Below, piece by piece: positions 1 through 11,579 of a DNA stretch of 64,000 bases. The translations under genes were made by a program, and so were the position numbers. The stretch comes from Octopus vulgaris (lineage: Eukaryota). The stretch lies in the NCBI GenBank assembly GCA_951406725.2, contig OX597828.1, forward strand, positions 51,522,001 through 51,586,000. The letters run 5' to 3'. Position 1 is the stretch's first letter; the number at the start of each line of letters is the position of its first letter. The notes under the pieces were generated by a model. It had not been told where the DNA came from. It saw nothing but the letters and a program-made list of their open reading frames with translations, and searched no databases.

Positions 1-506
1 AAAAGTTCAACGTTTCCAAGAGAATATACGGTGTGTATATTATTATTGAAAACAATTCGATTCGGCTCCCTGCGATCAATAGTTTCACAGGCCGCTTTAC
101 ATAAGAAACCTAACACTCGTTCATGGTAAGTTAAGCGACGCCTGAACGAGCTGAGTCACGGTAAAGAAACCAGCAAAAGTTTCAGTCACATGAAGCTAAA
201 TCCCATTGTTTTTAATAAAATATATATATATAATCCTACTACATGTGTGGAGTCTCATTTTTTTCTTTCGTTTGGCCAATCAATCGTGTACGCACACGCA
301 AACAGAAACACACATACACACACACGCACACACACACACACATATATATATACATTTATACGTATCTATGTATCTATATATCTATATATCTATATATATA
401 AATATATAAATATAAAGGGGGAATTCACGAAGAAAACAAAAGACGGAGACAGGTGGTGTAGAAAACAAACAGATGTATTAGTATAACGCTCGGGAATTGA
501 AAAAGT

Positions 507-542
507 CTTTAATGTTTCGAGCCTACGCTCTTCCACAGAAAG
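507..542 (-). ncRNA. Degenerate minimal hammerhead ribozyme motif
   Basis: Minus strand reads cttt-CTGTGGA-A-GAGC(GTAG)GCTC-GAAAC-ATT-aaag. Stems I and II pair, but core A6 is substituted and stem III is altered. Confidence 0.4.
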
Positions 543-952
543 GAAAACAGAAAGAAAGAAGGAGAGAAACAAGGCGAGAAAAAATGTGTGTAGTGGCTAG
601 CGATCTATCATGACGAATGCCGGACAGCAGGGTCACACAGGAGAGCTAAGAAATAGGGGAGATAACAAAGTAGTAGTGATCCCAAAACGAAGGTGCGCGT
701 GTGTGTAAGAGAGTAAGTATGTGCGTGTGAAAGCGGGCTGGTGATCTTGACGTGTGCGTGCGTGTATGTGTAGGTGAAACAATGTTGGGACGGAAATTGG
801 TTCAGTGCTGGTGTGTGCGTGGTGGTGTGTTGTGATGTGTTGTGTTGTGCGTTATAGTGTAGTGTGGTGTGATGGTGTTAGGAGGTGGGGAGGCGATAGT
901 GGGGAAAGCACGGTTGGGGTGTGGGTTAGGCTGAGGTTTGGGGTAGATTTGT

Positions 953-1034
953 GGTATGTGGGTAGGCAGAGAGTGGGAGTAGAGGTGGGGTATGTGGGTA
1001 GGCAGAGGGTGGAGGTAGAAGTGGGGTATGTGGG
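953..1034 (+). repeat. G-rich 36-bp minisatellite, about 2.3 copies
   Basis: Unit ggtatgtgggtaggcagagagtgggagtagaggtgg starts at 953, 989 and (partially) 1025. Confidence 0.8.
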
Positions 1035-1846
1035 AAAGGGTGTAAGGTATGGGATGGGATGGGATATATACACACTCAGAATTATGTATATATACATATG
1101 CATGAATATACATATGCACACACACACACATAAATTATTTTATATGTGCCAAAGTTTGTGTGACAGTACGTCTTGAGTGTGTGTGTGTATGTGCGTGTGA
1201 GCGTATCTGCGCGCGCGTGCGTGTGACTGTGTGAGCGCGCATGTGCTTCATATCTTAAATTGTGAAAGTTATTTATGAATTTCGCCTTGCAGACTCCGAC
1301 AAATGTGAGCTGAAGTAAATATATCGTGTTTTTACATTGTTCAGAATGGTATATGCTAATTGATAGTCTACAAAAATTGGTGCCACGGGCAGTTGACAAG
1401 CAGAGTGGAGAGATAAGTCTAATTGTCTGTGGGGCAGTAAGGCGAGATGATAGAGATGGAAATGTGTAAACGTATGTATTCGCAGAAATAAAGTTTGCGT
1501 ATTTCAATATATTCTGTTCTCGTGTTTTTGTGTTTGCATATATGTAGATGTTTGTTTATACACATGTGTTTATGTTGGTAAATGTGTATGCGTGTGACTA
1601 AACATTTTAAAGAAAATTGGCAATCGATTGGTAACTAAACCATAACTAGATGTGGTGGTGCAAATTCTTCAGCGGTGGGAGAGTTTTGGGAAAGTTGGGT
1701 GAAGAAAAATTAAAGAAGAAAGATAAAATCCAAAGTGAAAATCGATAAATGGAAACGGATTTCGACTTTTACATACAAATATAAAAGGAAGTAAATATGT
1801 ATGTATATATATATACGTATGTACGTGACAATTATTCGGTAGCCAT

Positions 1847-1907
1847 GATAAAACTCCGTGTTTCGGATGTCGGGGCGGAAACCCACACCGCTATCTCTTC
1901 AGTCATC
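1847..1907 (-). ncRNA. Type I hammerhead ribozyme candidate
   Basis: Minus strand: gatga-CTGAAGA-long imperfect hairpin (gat..cgg..gtgg/gttt/ccgc..ccg..atc)-c-GAAA-cacggag-TT-ttatc. Stem I gatga/ttatc pairs; stem III has one mismatch. Confidence 0.5.
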
Positions 1908-2211
1908 GGGCCATCGAAAAGATGCTATGAAAATGAACGTTAAACAAAGAGAAATTACTGTGATTGACCGTTATTAAGACAAAAGCGTTACTGTGAGAGG
2001 AGGGATTGAAGTTGAGGGAGTAAATGTGTTCATATTATTCACGTAAGCGCGCATGACCATACATACACACGCGCGCTCGACCACACGCGCACAAAAAGGT
2101 TCGTACTCATATATATAAATTAAATAATACGAGTAGAAACTGATATTAATTAATTATAATCAGTGTCTTAGCAAATTAAAAAAATCCAAAGACTAAAAAT
2201 TATATTACATA

Positions 2212-2413
2212 GAAAATTAAGAGGAATGACCACCAAGGTGGTCACACAACGCTGATGAGCTTTTGTTCGTATTTTTTCAATTGTCTTGTTCAGTTTTACA
2301 TTCTGGCGTTTGGTCAAATTTTTCTTGAGAACACACTCTTCGTGGTAAGGCGATTTGACGTCTATATTTAGCATATTAGGTGTCTACCTTGGTGATCATT
2401 CTTCTTAATTTTG
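2212..2413. mobile_element. MITE with ~33-bp imperfect TIRs, TA-flanked
   Basis: aaaattaagaggaatgaccaccaaggtgg at the left end is the near reverse complement of ctaccttggtgatcattcttcttaatttt at the right end; TA on both sides. Confidence 0.7.
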
Positions 2414-2429
2414 TATATATATATATATA

Positions 2430-3250
2430 GGGTGTCGTACAGGGCAGTTATAACACACAAAACTCAATGATACGCTGGACCAGCATGGATTGCGATACCT
2501 GGACGAAAATCAGTGCGTGACATGGGCATCAACATGAGTAATGATGTCCCTTCCAGGTGCATATTACTAAGTTGGTAATAAAATGTAGACAGTTGACCGG
2601 ATGGATCCTTCAGAACGAGAGAGCAGGAAACCGTGAAGGTCCTCCGGCAGACTTTCTTCCTTAGCTGTCTGTATCACTGCCCCAATCTTAGTCACCAAAC
2701 AGTGTAAAATATATGACGGGGCTCGAGGCGATCCAACGATACTACACAAAGGTAATCTCATTGCCACATGTCACTTACTGGGAGAGATTCTATTAGTTAG
2801 AACGAAGGCGGGAGAAGATAATCAGTAATATACATCTGGAAAATATTAGAACTTGTTCCAAACTGTGACACTGTCCATTACGAAAACAGCCAGTTGGAGA
2901 CAGGTCTCCACTGAATACTTCCAAAAATCCCAAAATTGCCAGCAAGGTACAGGACCAGATACTGCAACAACTTCAGATTCAAGGGTTTGCTGTTCTTTAA
3001 TGTCCTCCCTTAGAGCCTGAAAGACATGCACGGCGTGGATGTAGGCGTTTTCAAAACAGAACTGGATCTCCTTCTGTAAAGAGTTCCGGATGAACCTACC
3101 TCAAGTCGCGGAACACAGATGAGGGGGCAGCAACCTCAAACTCACTCATCCACCAAATGCTACATGTCAGAGGAGGTTTAGTGAAAGTGTAGCAAGTTAA
3201 ACGCCATTTCCACAGCGTGGCCACAGCCTCGTTCTGCAGCTAAAGGGAGA
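2430..3250 (+). mobile_element. CR1-like LINE 3' remnant (RT C-terminus), pseudogenised
   Basis: Fragments translate as SVRDMGINMSND, KCRQLTGWIL, RYCNNFRFKG..FNVLP, FKTELDLLL.RVPDEP, AATSNSL; homologous to the copy at 7420-9110. Confidence 0.75.
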
Positions 3251-3303
3251 GGTGGAACAAATAAAGTATTATTGGACGCTCAGGAAAGAAGGGAAGAAGG
3301 AGG

Positions 3304-3338
3304 GTTTAACGTTTCGAGCGGAGCTCTTCTTCGGAAAC
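3304..3338 (-). ncRNA. Minimal hammerhead-like motif (U4C core variant) in a Penelope-like terminal fragment (3252-3405)
   Basis: Minus strand: gttt-CCGAAGA-A-GAGC(TCC)GCTC-GAAACGTT-aaac; palindromic AACGTT stem III. Confidence 0.5.
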
Positions 3339-3405
3339 ATAGGAGAAGGAAAGATCCCGAGAAGGGAAGACAGAGGAAAAAAATCGCCAGTGATACTCGC
3401 GAGGT

Positions 3406-3443
<38 letters not shown>

Positions 3444-3629
3444 CGCAAAGATTACGTATATATATATACGCAAAGATTACGTTCTGTTTACGCAGCTTGT
3501 TCTAGAAAACTTACAAAGTCTACATAAAGGCATGTGTATGTGCATCTGTGTATATCTATGTGTGTATATGTACGCGTGTGTGTGTGTGTATGTGTGTGTG
3601 TGTGTGCAAATGTGCGTGTGTCTTTGTTT

Positions 3630-3662
<33 letters not shown>

Positions 3663-4271
3663 GTTTATGTAATTCTGTCGTAATATTTTCATTTGCAGTT
3701 AATACAGCAAAATATTTGCGAACCATTCATACATTTATTACGTATCAAAACTGGCATGACCTCCAGGTAAAACTGCTGATGGGTGGTATGTTTATCTGCT
3801 CTTTCGAATTGGTTTCATTACATTTTAGATAGTGTTTGAATATTTTGTCCATTATTAGTGTTACTGCTGTTGTCTTTTGACTGAGAAAAACTCTCTCTCT
3901 CTCTTTCTCTCTCTCTCTTTCCGTCTACATTTTCCTTTACCTTCTTTTTTTCCCCATTATTTAGCCTGCTGTCTTGCCGCTCAGTTATCATTGTTACAAT
4001 ACATTTCACACTGCGCATTAGACTATGAATGGAATTAATTGTGTTCATGAGTCGACATTTGACTGACAATTGTGAATAGTTTTACACGAAAAAACTTTTA
4101 TCACACCAACGCTCATTTATATTTTGAGTTAGTTTCTTGGAGTTTTAAAGTCACTGGTCAGACGTGTTGGAAAGTTCCTGATACATACATACAAACATAC
4201 ATACATACATACATACATATATACATACATACATACATACATACATACATACATACATACATACATACATA

Positions 4272-5760
4272 AGAAAATAACCGAGAGAAGAACAATAAAC
4301 AAAAATTTAACCGCAACCAGCCAGCGGTATACAGAGACATGAGAGGAGGAGTAGTAAACATCATGGAAGCTCCTTCACGAGAAGACAGACTCCTTCTGGA
4401 GGGAAATCTGGAGTGAAGAGAAGAAATTAAATCAATGTCCTCTGTGGCTGGAAGAAATCCGAAAAAAGTTATTGCCTCTGCGTTACATCCAATCCAAGAC
4501 ATAAAATATTGATGGTGAAACAATTGCAACTGTGATCCAGAAACTCCAGCATGAAAAAGTACTTGGAAAAGACTTGATTGTTGGATATTGGTACAAAAGG
4601 CTAACACTCTATCTACCATAAGTTATGAATCTGTACTAGCTAGCTCTCATTGAGAAGAGTAGCATACCACACTGGCTAGCTCTGGCAGAACCACCCACAT
4701 GGCAAAAGAAAAAACTACCGGTCAAATTCAGCACCACCAACATGGCAGAATGCATGGGGATCGAAGAATAAGCGTAAACCAATGTCACCGGTGGTTTCAG
4801 AAATTCCGAGCTGGAAATAAAATGAAAGAACAGCTGAGGAAAGAAACTTTCCGCAGTCTAAGACTGGATTAAACAAAATCCCACAGTAAAATCATGGGCT
4901 ATAGTATCACTTTGTTATGGAGCTGGAATCATAAACTGACGAAAGAAAGAACTAATGAGTATGGATACAAAGAAAGAAACTATAGACAGTGGACGGAACA
5001 TTCTATCCCAAGAGTGACAATATGTTGTAGTTGTCCGGTAGGAAGGGCGGGAGAGCTTTTATCATTTGCTAGGTTTCTGATGAAGCAGAGGAAAACATCT
5101 TAGGGTGAAATGTAAACAATGTTCTGGGGTCATTGTTGATGCATGTGCAGAGGTCAGGTATCATCAAAATTGATAATTGTATAAAGAAAGAAGAGATGAA
5201 AGAGGAAAAGAATTATAAAAAAAATAGAAGCACCATAGAAAGAAAAAAAATGTACCGTCAGTTTGCAAGAAATAGGAACGCCAATACAGATACAGAAATC
5301 CGCAGGTCATGGAGTCAGAGGAGTGACTTGACGTTAGCGATAGAAGCACTTATATGTGTCGCACAAGATCAAATGCTGTGGACGAACTATGTGAAGAACA
5401 AACACAACTGAGAGCGACAAATGCAGAGAGTGTGTAGTGCGAGGATTGAAACGAAATGTCATTGTTCGCGGATGCCCGAAATTGGCACAAACGAAATCAC
5501 GAAAGACGACATGACAATGTAGCAAAAATTATCCTTTAGGAGCTCTGTGGAAAATATGGCATACAAAAAGCAAAGACGTGGTATGATCAGATCCCATAAG
5601 GAGATACCGAGAACGAATTCTGCAAAATCCTTTGGAATGCAATTATTTAGTGTAACCATCAGATTATACATCGGGCACCTAACATTATTGTGGTGAACAA
5701 AAGCAGCTGCACTTAGTGTTACCACTAAAGTTACATGCCACAAGAATAACCTAAATCATA
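4272..5760 (+). mobile_element. Decayed Dong/R4-like non-LTR retrotransposon (RT, CCHC and REL remnants)
   Basis: Fragments GKDLIVGYWYKRL, WLASGRTT, EALICVAQDQMLWTNY, CREC...ET, RHDNVAK match the motif order of the intact fragment at 42759-43439; many stops and frameshifts. Confidence 0.75.
4725..4820 (+). mobile_element. mariner transposase N-terminal fragment nested in the Dong remnant
   Basis: Translates GDRRISVNQCHRWFQKFRAGN, the mariner HTH WF.KFR.G motif. Confidence 0.6.
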
Positions 5761-5822
5761 TACTGTATTCAAAGCATGGATTGAGTTTGCCTTCTCTAGA
5801 CGGTTACTTAAATTATAAGTCC

Positions 5823-5856
<34 letters not shown>

Positions 5857-5859
<3 letters not shown>

Positions 5860-5992
5860 GAAAGAATGGAGTCGAACGACGATTTTAACAAAATTCCTTT
5901 ACTCTCGACATATGTTTCGAAGACTGCATATTCTTAATTCCGGAGGAATAAAGGGTGCATTATGCCGCCTTCTCCTCAGGAAAGACAAGGAA
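5857..5992 (-). mobile_element. Short hammerhead-bearing element between two (TA)n tracts
   Basis: Second copy at 18725-18860; contains the HHR at 5902-5984. Confidence 0.7.
5902..5984 (-). ncRNA. Type I hammerhead ribozyme with intact core
   Basis: Minus strand: ctttc-CTGAGGA-GAAGGC...GTCTTC-GAAAC-ATAT-GTC-gagag. Canonical core, GUC cleavage triplet, palindromic ACATATGT stem III. Confidence 0.75.
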
Positions 5993-6948
5993 TATATATA
6001 TATATATATATGTAGGTTATACCTCTCCATTACCTGTATATAGAAAATGGGTGCATGTGCTTCTACACACACCTAAGAATATATGGACTTATTTTCTGAG
6101 AGTGTGCAGATACAAAGTTGCAAATACACTATTATAATTTCTATATATAATTATTTAAAACATGTAGAAAATATTCTAATCGGGCAAATATATAGTTCAG
6201 AAAATCTTTTACCATCTGTATTTGCTTACGTGTTGTTTTTTTTGTGTGTGTATATGTATATATGTCTAGTTAAGTACATATGTATATACGCGCGTGTAAT
6301 ACAGTATATATTCTTTGTAAATGTATGTCCTATCTCAAAGTGTATACATATGCAGATCTGTATGATTATGTGTACGTATCGGTGCGTGTGTATATATAAA
6401 TATATGGGTATGGGTATATATAGGCAAGTATGTATATGTCTATGTATGTGCGTAAGTATATATATATATATATATATATAGTCCTGTTAATAATAATAAT
6501 GGTATATTTATATAAGCTTAAAGCGATCGCCGTATAATGACTAAGGGAATAGTTTAATAAAGGGGCATATAAGCCCTCGACAGGAAAAAGAAGGCTTTCG
6601 TCTCCGTGTGGAATACGAACCCACATCTCTTTGTTAACGCGACTAAGTATGTTACCTTTACACAAGCAAATTAGTCTGCTTCTTTCTGTCAAATTTAAGA
6701 ACTATTTTAAGTTCGTATTTGTTCTAGGTAAACAAATTTTCCATATGCTTTTGGTGCGAATGTTATTTTTTTATACGGCGTCACACAGAAAAAAAAAACA
6801 TTCGCACCAAAAGCACACACACACACACTCACTCACTCTAATACACACACACACACACACACATATGTATTTATATAATAAGAAAAAATATATATCTGAA
6901 TGTCCAACCTGATTTAAAACTTAGGAATCACAATTTTTTTCAATGTAT

Positions 6949-7109
6949 CAGGAGTGGCTGTGTGGTAGGTAGCTTGTTTACCAACCACATGGTTCCGGGT
7001 TCAGTCCCACTGCGTGGCACCTTGGGCGAGTGTATTCTGCTATAGCCTCGGGCCGACCAAAGCCATGTGAGTGGATTTGGTAGACGGAAACTGAAAGAAG
7101 CCCGTCGTA

Positions 7110-7140
<31 letters not shown>

Positions 7141-7365
7141 GCGTGTGTGTGTTTGTGTGTCTGTGTTTGTCCCCCTAGCATTGCTTGACAACCGATGCTG
7201 GTGTGTTTATGTCCCCGTTACTTAGCGGTTCGGCAAAAGAGACCGATAGAATAAGTACTGGGCTTACAAAAGAATAAGTCTCGAGGTCGAGTTGCTCGAT
7301 TAAAAGGCGGTGCTCCGGCATGGCCGCAGTCAGATGACTGAAACAAATGAAAGAGTGAAAGAGTA
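6949..7365 (+). mobile_element. tRNA-derived SINE family A, full length, with internal (TA)/(TG) tract
   Basis: A-box-like tggctgtgtgg and B-box-like ggttcagtcc; more than 10 homologous copies in this window. Confidence 0.85.
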
Positions 7366-7419
7366 TGTGTGTGTGTGTGTGTGTGTGTGTGTACAACAAA
7401 ATGGCAATTATTGACAGCA

Positions 7420-9110
7420 TCAACATAGAAGAAACTGATGAGATATCAGCCATTGAATAGATGAGCTCAAACTCAGCAACAGGCCCTGACGGATTCCCAG
7501 CAATCCTCCTAAAGAATTGCAAAGTGACTGTTGCTAGACCGCTTCAGATTCTCTTTCAGAGTTTCCTCATAACAGGGTAACTGCCCAAAACGTTAAAGTA
7601 AAGCATTATATGCCCTATCCATGAGAGAGGTACTTGAGCAGACGCTAACAATTATAGACCTGTCTAACTTCCCTTGTCAGCAATGTCATGGAGGGCATTG
7701 TTAGGAAGAAACTAATTGAGTTTTTCTTTAAGATAAGATAATGAATTGCTTCCTGAGACCCAGCATGGCTTTCGCTCAGGCAGAAGCTGCCTTACACAGA
7801 TTTTGCAACATTATGACTGGGTGTTGAAACAATTAATGAATCGCTCAAATGTAGATGTCATATATATTTGCAAGGCCTTTGATAAGGTTGATCATAGGAT
7901 GATATGCCGCAAACTACGGAAACTCCGCATAACTGGGAAAATTGGAGAATGGTTGCATGACTTCTTTAAAGCAGCCAACGGAGATCTCTCCTTGGAGACA
8001 TTAATAGAAAGTGGAGTGTCTCAGTGAACTGTTCATGGTGGCTATTTAAGACATAGTCATCAGTTACACAGATACACACACTTACTAGCTATGCCGACGA
8101 CACAATAGTACAAGCAATCAAAGAACGTAGATGCCATATATAAATGGGCTGACGACAACAATTTGCAATTTGATTCAGGCAAATTCCAAACTCTCCGTCC
8201 CAGCTAATTGGTGCTCAGAGGTCTCAACAACGATATTTTGGACCAAAAAGAGCGGAAATCCAAAAATCACATACGGTGCGTGATCTTCGGATTGACATAA
8301 GCAACTATGCCTCGTTTCACATGCATGTCACCAAGATGGTGGCAGTGTGAAGGCGAATGGCAAGATGGATTATCAGAACCTTGAGAACAAGGAACCAGGA
8401 AACTATGATGTAATCTCCAGGGATACAGGCATCCAGCAACAGGACTTCCGTAATGCCATGATGGACCCTGAAGTCTGACATAGCATGGTAAATTCCATTG
8501 TCTCGACCACGGTCGAACAATGATGATGATGCTGGTCATGTGGAGAACATTTGTCCTCAGCCGTCTGGACTACTGTTCTCAACTATGGTCACCCTACACT
8601 ATAGGATTAATACCAGAACTTGACGTGGTTCAGAAATAATACACGAGGAAGATTGCATCAATGGGACAGCTGAACTACTGGGAGAGACTGAAAGAGCTCC
8701 GACTCTAATCCTTGGAGTGAAAACGGGAGAGATATGCTGGAGGGGTATTGAGAGTTATACAAGACTTCGAAATGGGTATCACTGCAATGTTCCAAAGTCC
8801 CAGCTGTCTCACCTAGGGCGTGGATAATGTACTGCAATAGCTTGAGATTCAAGTGCCCACAGCTAATTAATTCCTTGCCAAAACCTCTCAAGGACCTCCT
8901 TGGAGTGGGAGTAGAGGTTTTCAGGAAGCCACTTGACATTTTACTATCCAAGATCCCAGATGAACCAATATCAAGGTAAGAAACTAAAAAGAGGGCAGCG
9001 ATATCGAACTCCCTCCTTTACCAGAAGCCAAACCCATAGAATTGGTCAATTAGAAGCTGATTACATTGGCGGTGACCCACCATAGCCGCAGCCTATAGGG
9101 ATACGAAAGA
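7420..9110 (+). mobile_element. CR1-like LINE ORF2 (reverse transcriptase) pseudogene
   Basis: GPDGFPAILLK, NYRPV, QHGFRSGRSCLTQ, KAFDKVDH, SGVSQ, YADDT, LLSKIPDEP motifs with stops and frameshifts. Confidence 0.88.
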
Positions 9111-9206
9111 AAGAAACTTAAACCCTTTTAACATCCCCCCCCACTTCATTTTCATACATAGGACTGGTTTTGTTAAACTTTGTTTAATAATTTAAGTCAC
9201 TTACTG

Positions 9207-9249
<43 letters not shown>

Positions 9250-9461
9250 ATACCACTCTTTACGAGACCCCTTTTTATGAAATCTTGGGTTACGGAGTGT
9301 TATTTTTGAAGCTCAAGATCCAAAGTTTGAACGAAATTCAACAGTTTGTATGCCGTGAAATAGAGAACCAAAAACAGCTCCTTCTAAGCAAATAACTTTA
9401 GACATGTTTTTTAAAAAGAAATTTACAAGAAATTTACGAGTGCTTGTGAATCGGTGCGTCT

Positions 9462-9555
9462 ACCACTATGCCATATGCCCGTGGGCATATGGCATAGCGG
9501 TTAAGAGCGCGGGCTACTAACCCCAAGGTTCCGAGTCCAATTCCAGGCAGTGACG

Positions 9556-9630
<75 letters not shown>

Positions 9631-9815
9631 GCAATAATAACATTAAAAAATACCTTAGGAATGAGAACCCATGTTCGAAATTTTCCCAAGACACCTGATG
9701 ATGGCTGGAGTGTATATCGGTCGAAACGTTGTGTCAACAACAAACAAGATGAGGACAAATATCTGTCAAATGTAAATAATGTACATAATTCATAATCTCT
9801 TAAATATACAACTGT
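9462..9815 (+). mobile_element. tRNA-headed, (AAT)n-containing, hammerhead-bearing short element
   Basis: 5' fold-back at 9466-9497, A box TGGCATAGCGG, anticodon-like arm gggctactaaccc, B-box-like gtccaattcc, (AAT)n at 9558-9640, HHR at 9690-9735; other copies at 31572-31810 and 22680-22800. Confidence 0.7.
9690..9735 (+). ncRNA. Minimal type I hammerhead ribozyme
   Basis: gacac-CTGATGA-t-GGCTG...CGGTC-GAAACGTT-gtgtc; stem I 5 bp, stem II 5 bp with G-U pairs. Confidence 0.7.
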
Positions 9816-9953
9816 AGTATCCCATAGGACTCAACAGATTTACGCCAGTAAGCTACCAACAAAATATGAAGAATCTTTATTAGACATCGCTTTTTTGGAA
9901 ACCTCCAAAATAAAGGATGAAATATAATTCAACCTTTTCACACACACACACAA

Positions 9954-10082
<129 letters not shown>

Positions 10083-10223
10083 CAGCGGAGTAGTTAGATA
10101 GTGAGATATAGATATATTCCCTCCAGTATCCGAGCCTGACAATTCGTCTATAAAGCTAAAAGCTTTATGGAAACCATTGGTCACTGTATGACCAGACATG
10201 TATTAAATTACATATATGTTTAT

Positions 10224-10285
<62 letters not shown>

Positions 10286-10286
10286 T

Positions 10287-10617
10287 AGACCCCCTTCGGT
10301 CATGAATGACCATGGGATTGCACCTAGAAAGTTACCCTCCTAGACACAAGTCTGGGCAATGTTGGTTTATGGAAGACCAGCAGTCGCCCATGCATACCGG
10401 CCTCCCCTCTCCACGCCACCAGTGTTATCCAAGGGAAAGACAAAGGTCGATACAGCTTGGCACCTGTGACGTCGCAACTCATTTCTACACCTAAGTGAAC
10501 TGGAGCAACGTGAAATAAAGTGTCTTACTCAAGAACACAACACGCAGCCCGGTCCGGGATTCGAGCTCACGACCTCACGATCGTAAGCTCGACGCTCTTA
10601 CCACTGAGCCATGCGCC
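10287..10617 (-). mobile_element. tRNA-derived SINE (head B2 plus tail 1, RTE-like)
   Basis: Minus-strand head ggcgcatggctcagtggtaagagc...gctcgaatccc; tail shared with 38208-38400. Confidence 0.8.
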
Positions 10618-10631
10618 TTTTTTTTTTTTTT

Positions 10632-10829
<198 letters not shown>

Positions 10830-11579
10830 GTGTGTGCTGGGGAGTTGTGTGTTACTGTGGACCGTCGGTGAAAATGTGTTAATACATGACCATCAGAATA
10901 ATGCACATAATATATTTAAATTCAATTTCTTTATCTGGCCACTCATGTTTTACAGAATAGCCATATTTGCATTCACTTCTATTATTTTTCTACCTCTGCT
11001 CATTACAAACATTCTGTAATGTGTTCATTCTTTTTGGCTGGTTATTCATACGCATTGTTTTTCTAAATCTATCTTATTTTTCTTTTGGAGTTTCTGATAT
11101 TTTATTTTACACGGTGATGCCTATGGCTCTCTCTCAGTAATTTGTATATCATTGTCTCAACTATGTATTCATTGCTTGATTTCGAAATTACTATCTATGA
11201 GAAAATGTATTGTTTTAATACGAATTTTCTTATCCTGGGATGCATGTAGCTGTTTGTTTTATTATTCTATGCTTGTGTTTTTTGCCTCTAGATGTTATTT
11301 TTCTTTTGTCGCCTTTCAAATTACTTTGCGGAAGCAATTTTATGTTGTTAAGGTCCATTGGCTGCAAATGATTGGTTCGAGGTTTCGCATAATTTTACTT
11401 CTGAAATGTTAACATCTTTTTCTCTCTCTCTCTCTCTCACTCTCTCTCTCTCTCTCTCTCTATGTATCTGTCTATTTATTGAATATATGTAAATACACAC
11501 ACGTGCCTACGTGCGATTACACCCCCCACACATATTAAAGACTTATGTATCATACATATACACACATGCACATATACAT

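Larger units (their letters stand above)
418..1560 (-). mobile_element. Decayed Penelope-like element remnant (terminal region with hammerhead-like motif, G/T-rich low-complexity body)
   Basis: Hammerhead-like motif at 507-542. The minus-strand peptide TFVGVCKAKF..FHN (ORF 1082-1507) weakly recalls a GIY-YIG segment. Boundaries approximate. Confidence 0.35.

Noticed and set aside
2252-2275. Isolated CTGATGA motifs here and at about 31097 and 50221
   Set aside because: No correctly placed paired stem II, GAAA and stem I, so not hammerheads.
9245-9430. Tigger/pogo-like fragment (KQITLDMFF; tagtaatacc terminus)
   Set aside because: No matching second TIR was found and the evidence is too short.
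9488-9555. Functional tRNA gene
   Set aside because: No proper acceptor stem and a degenerate T arm; treated as an element head. The same applies to the SINE heads.
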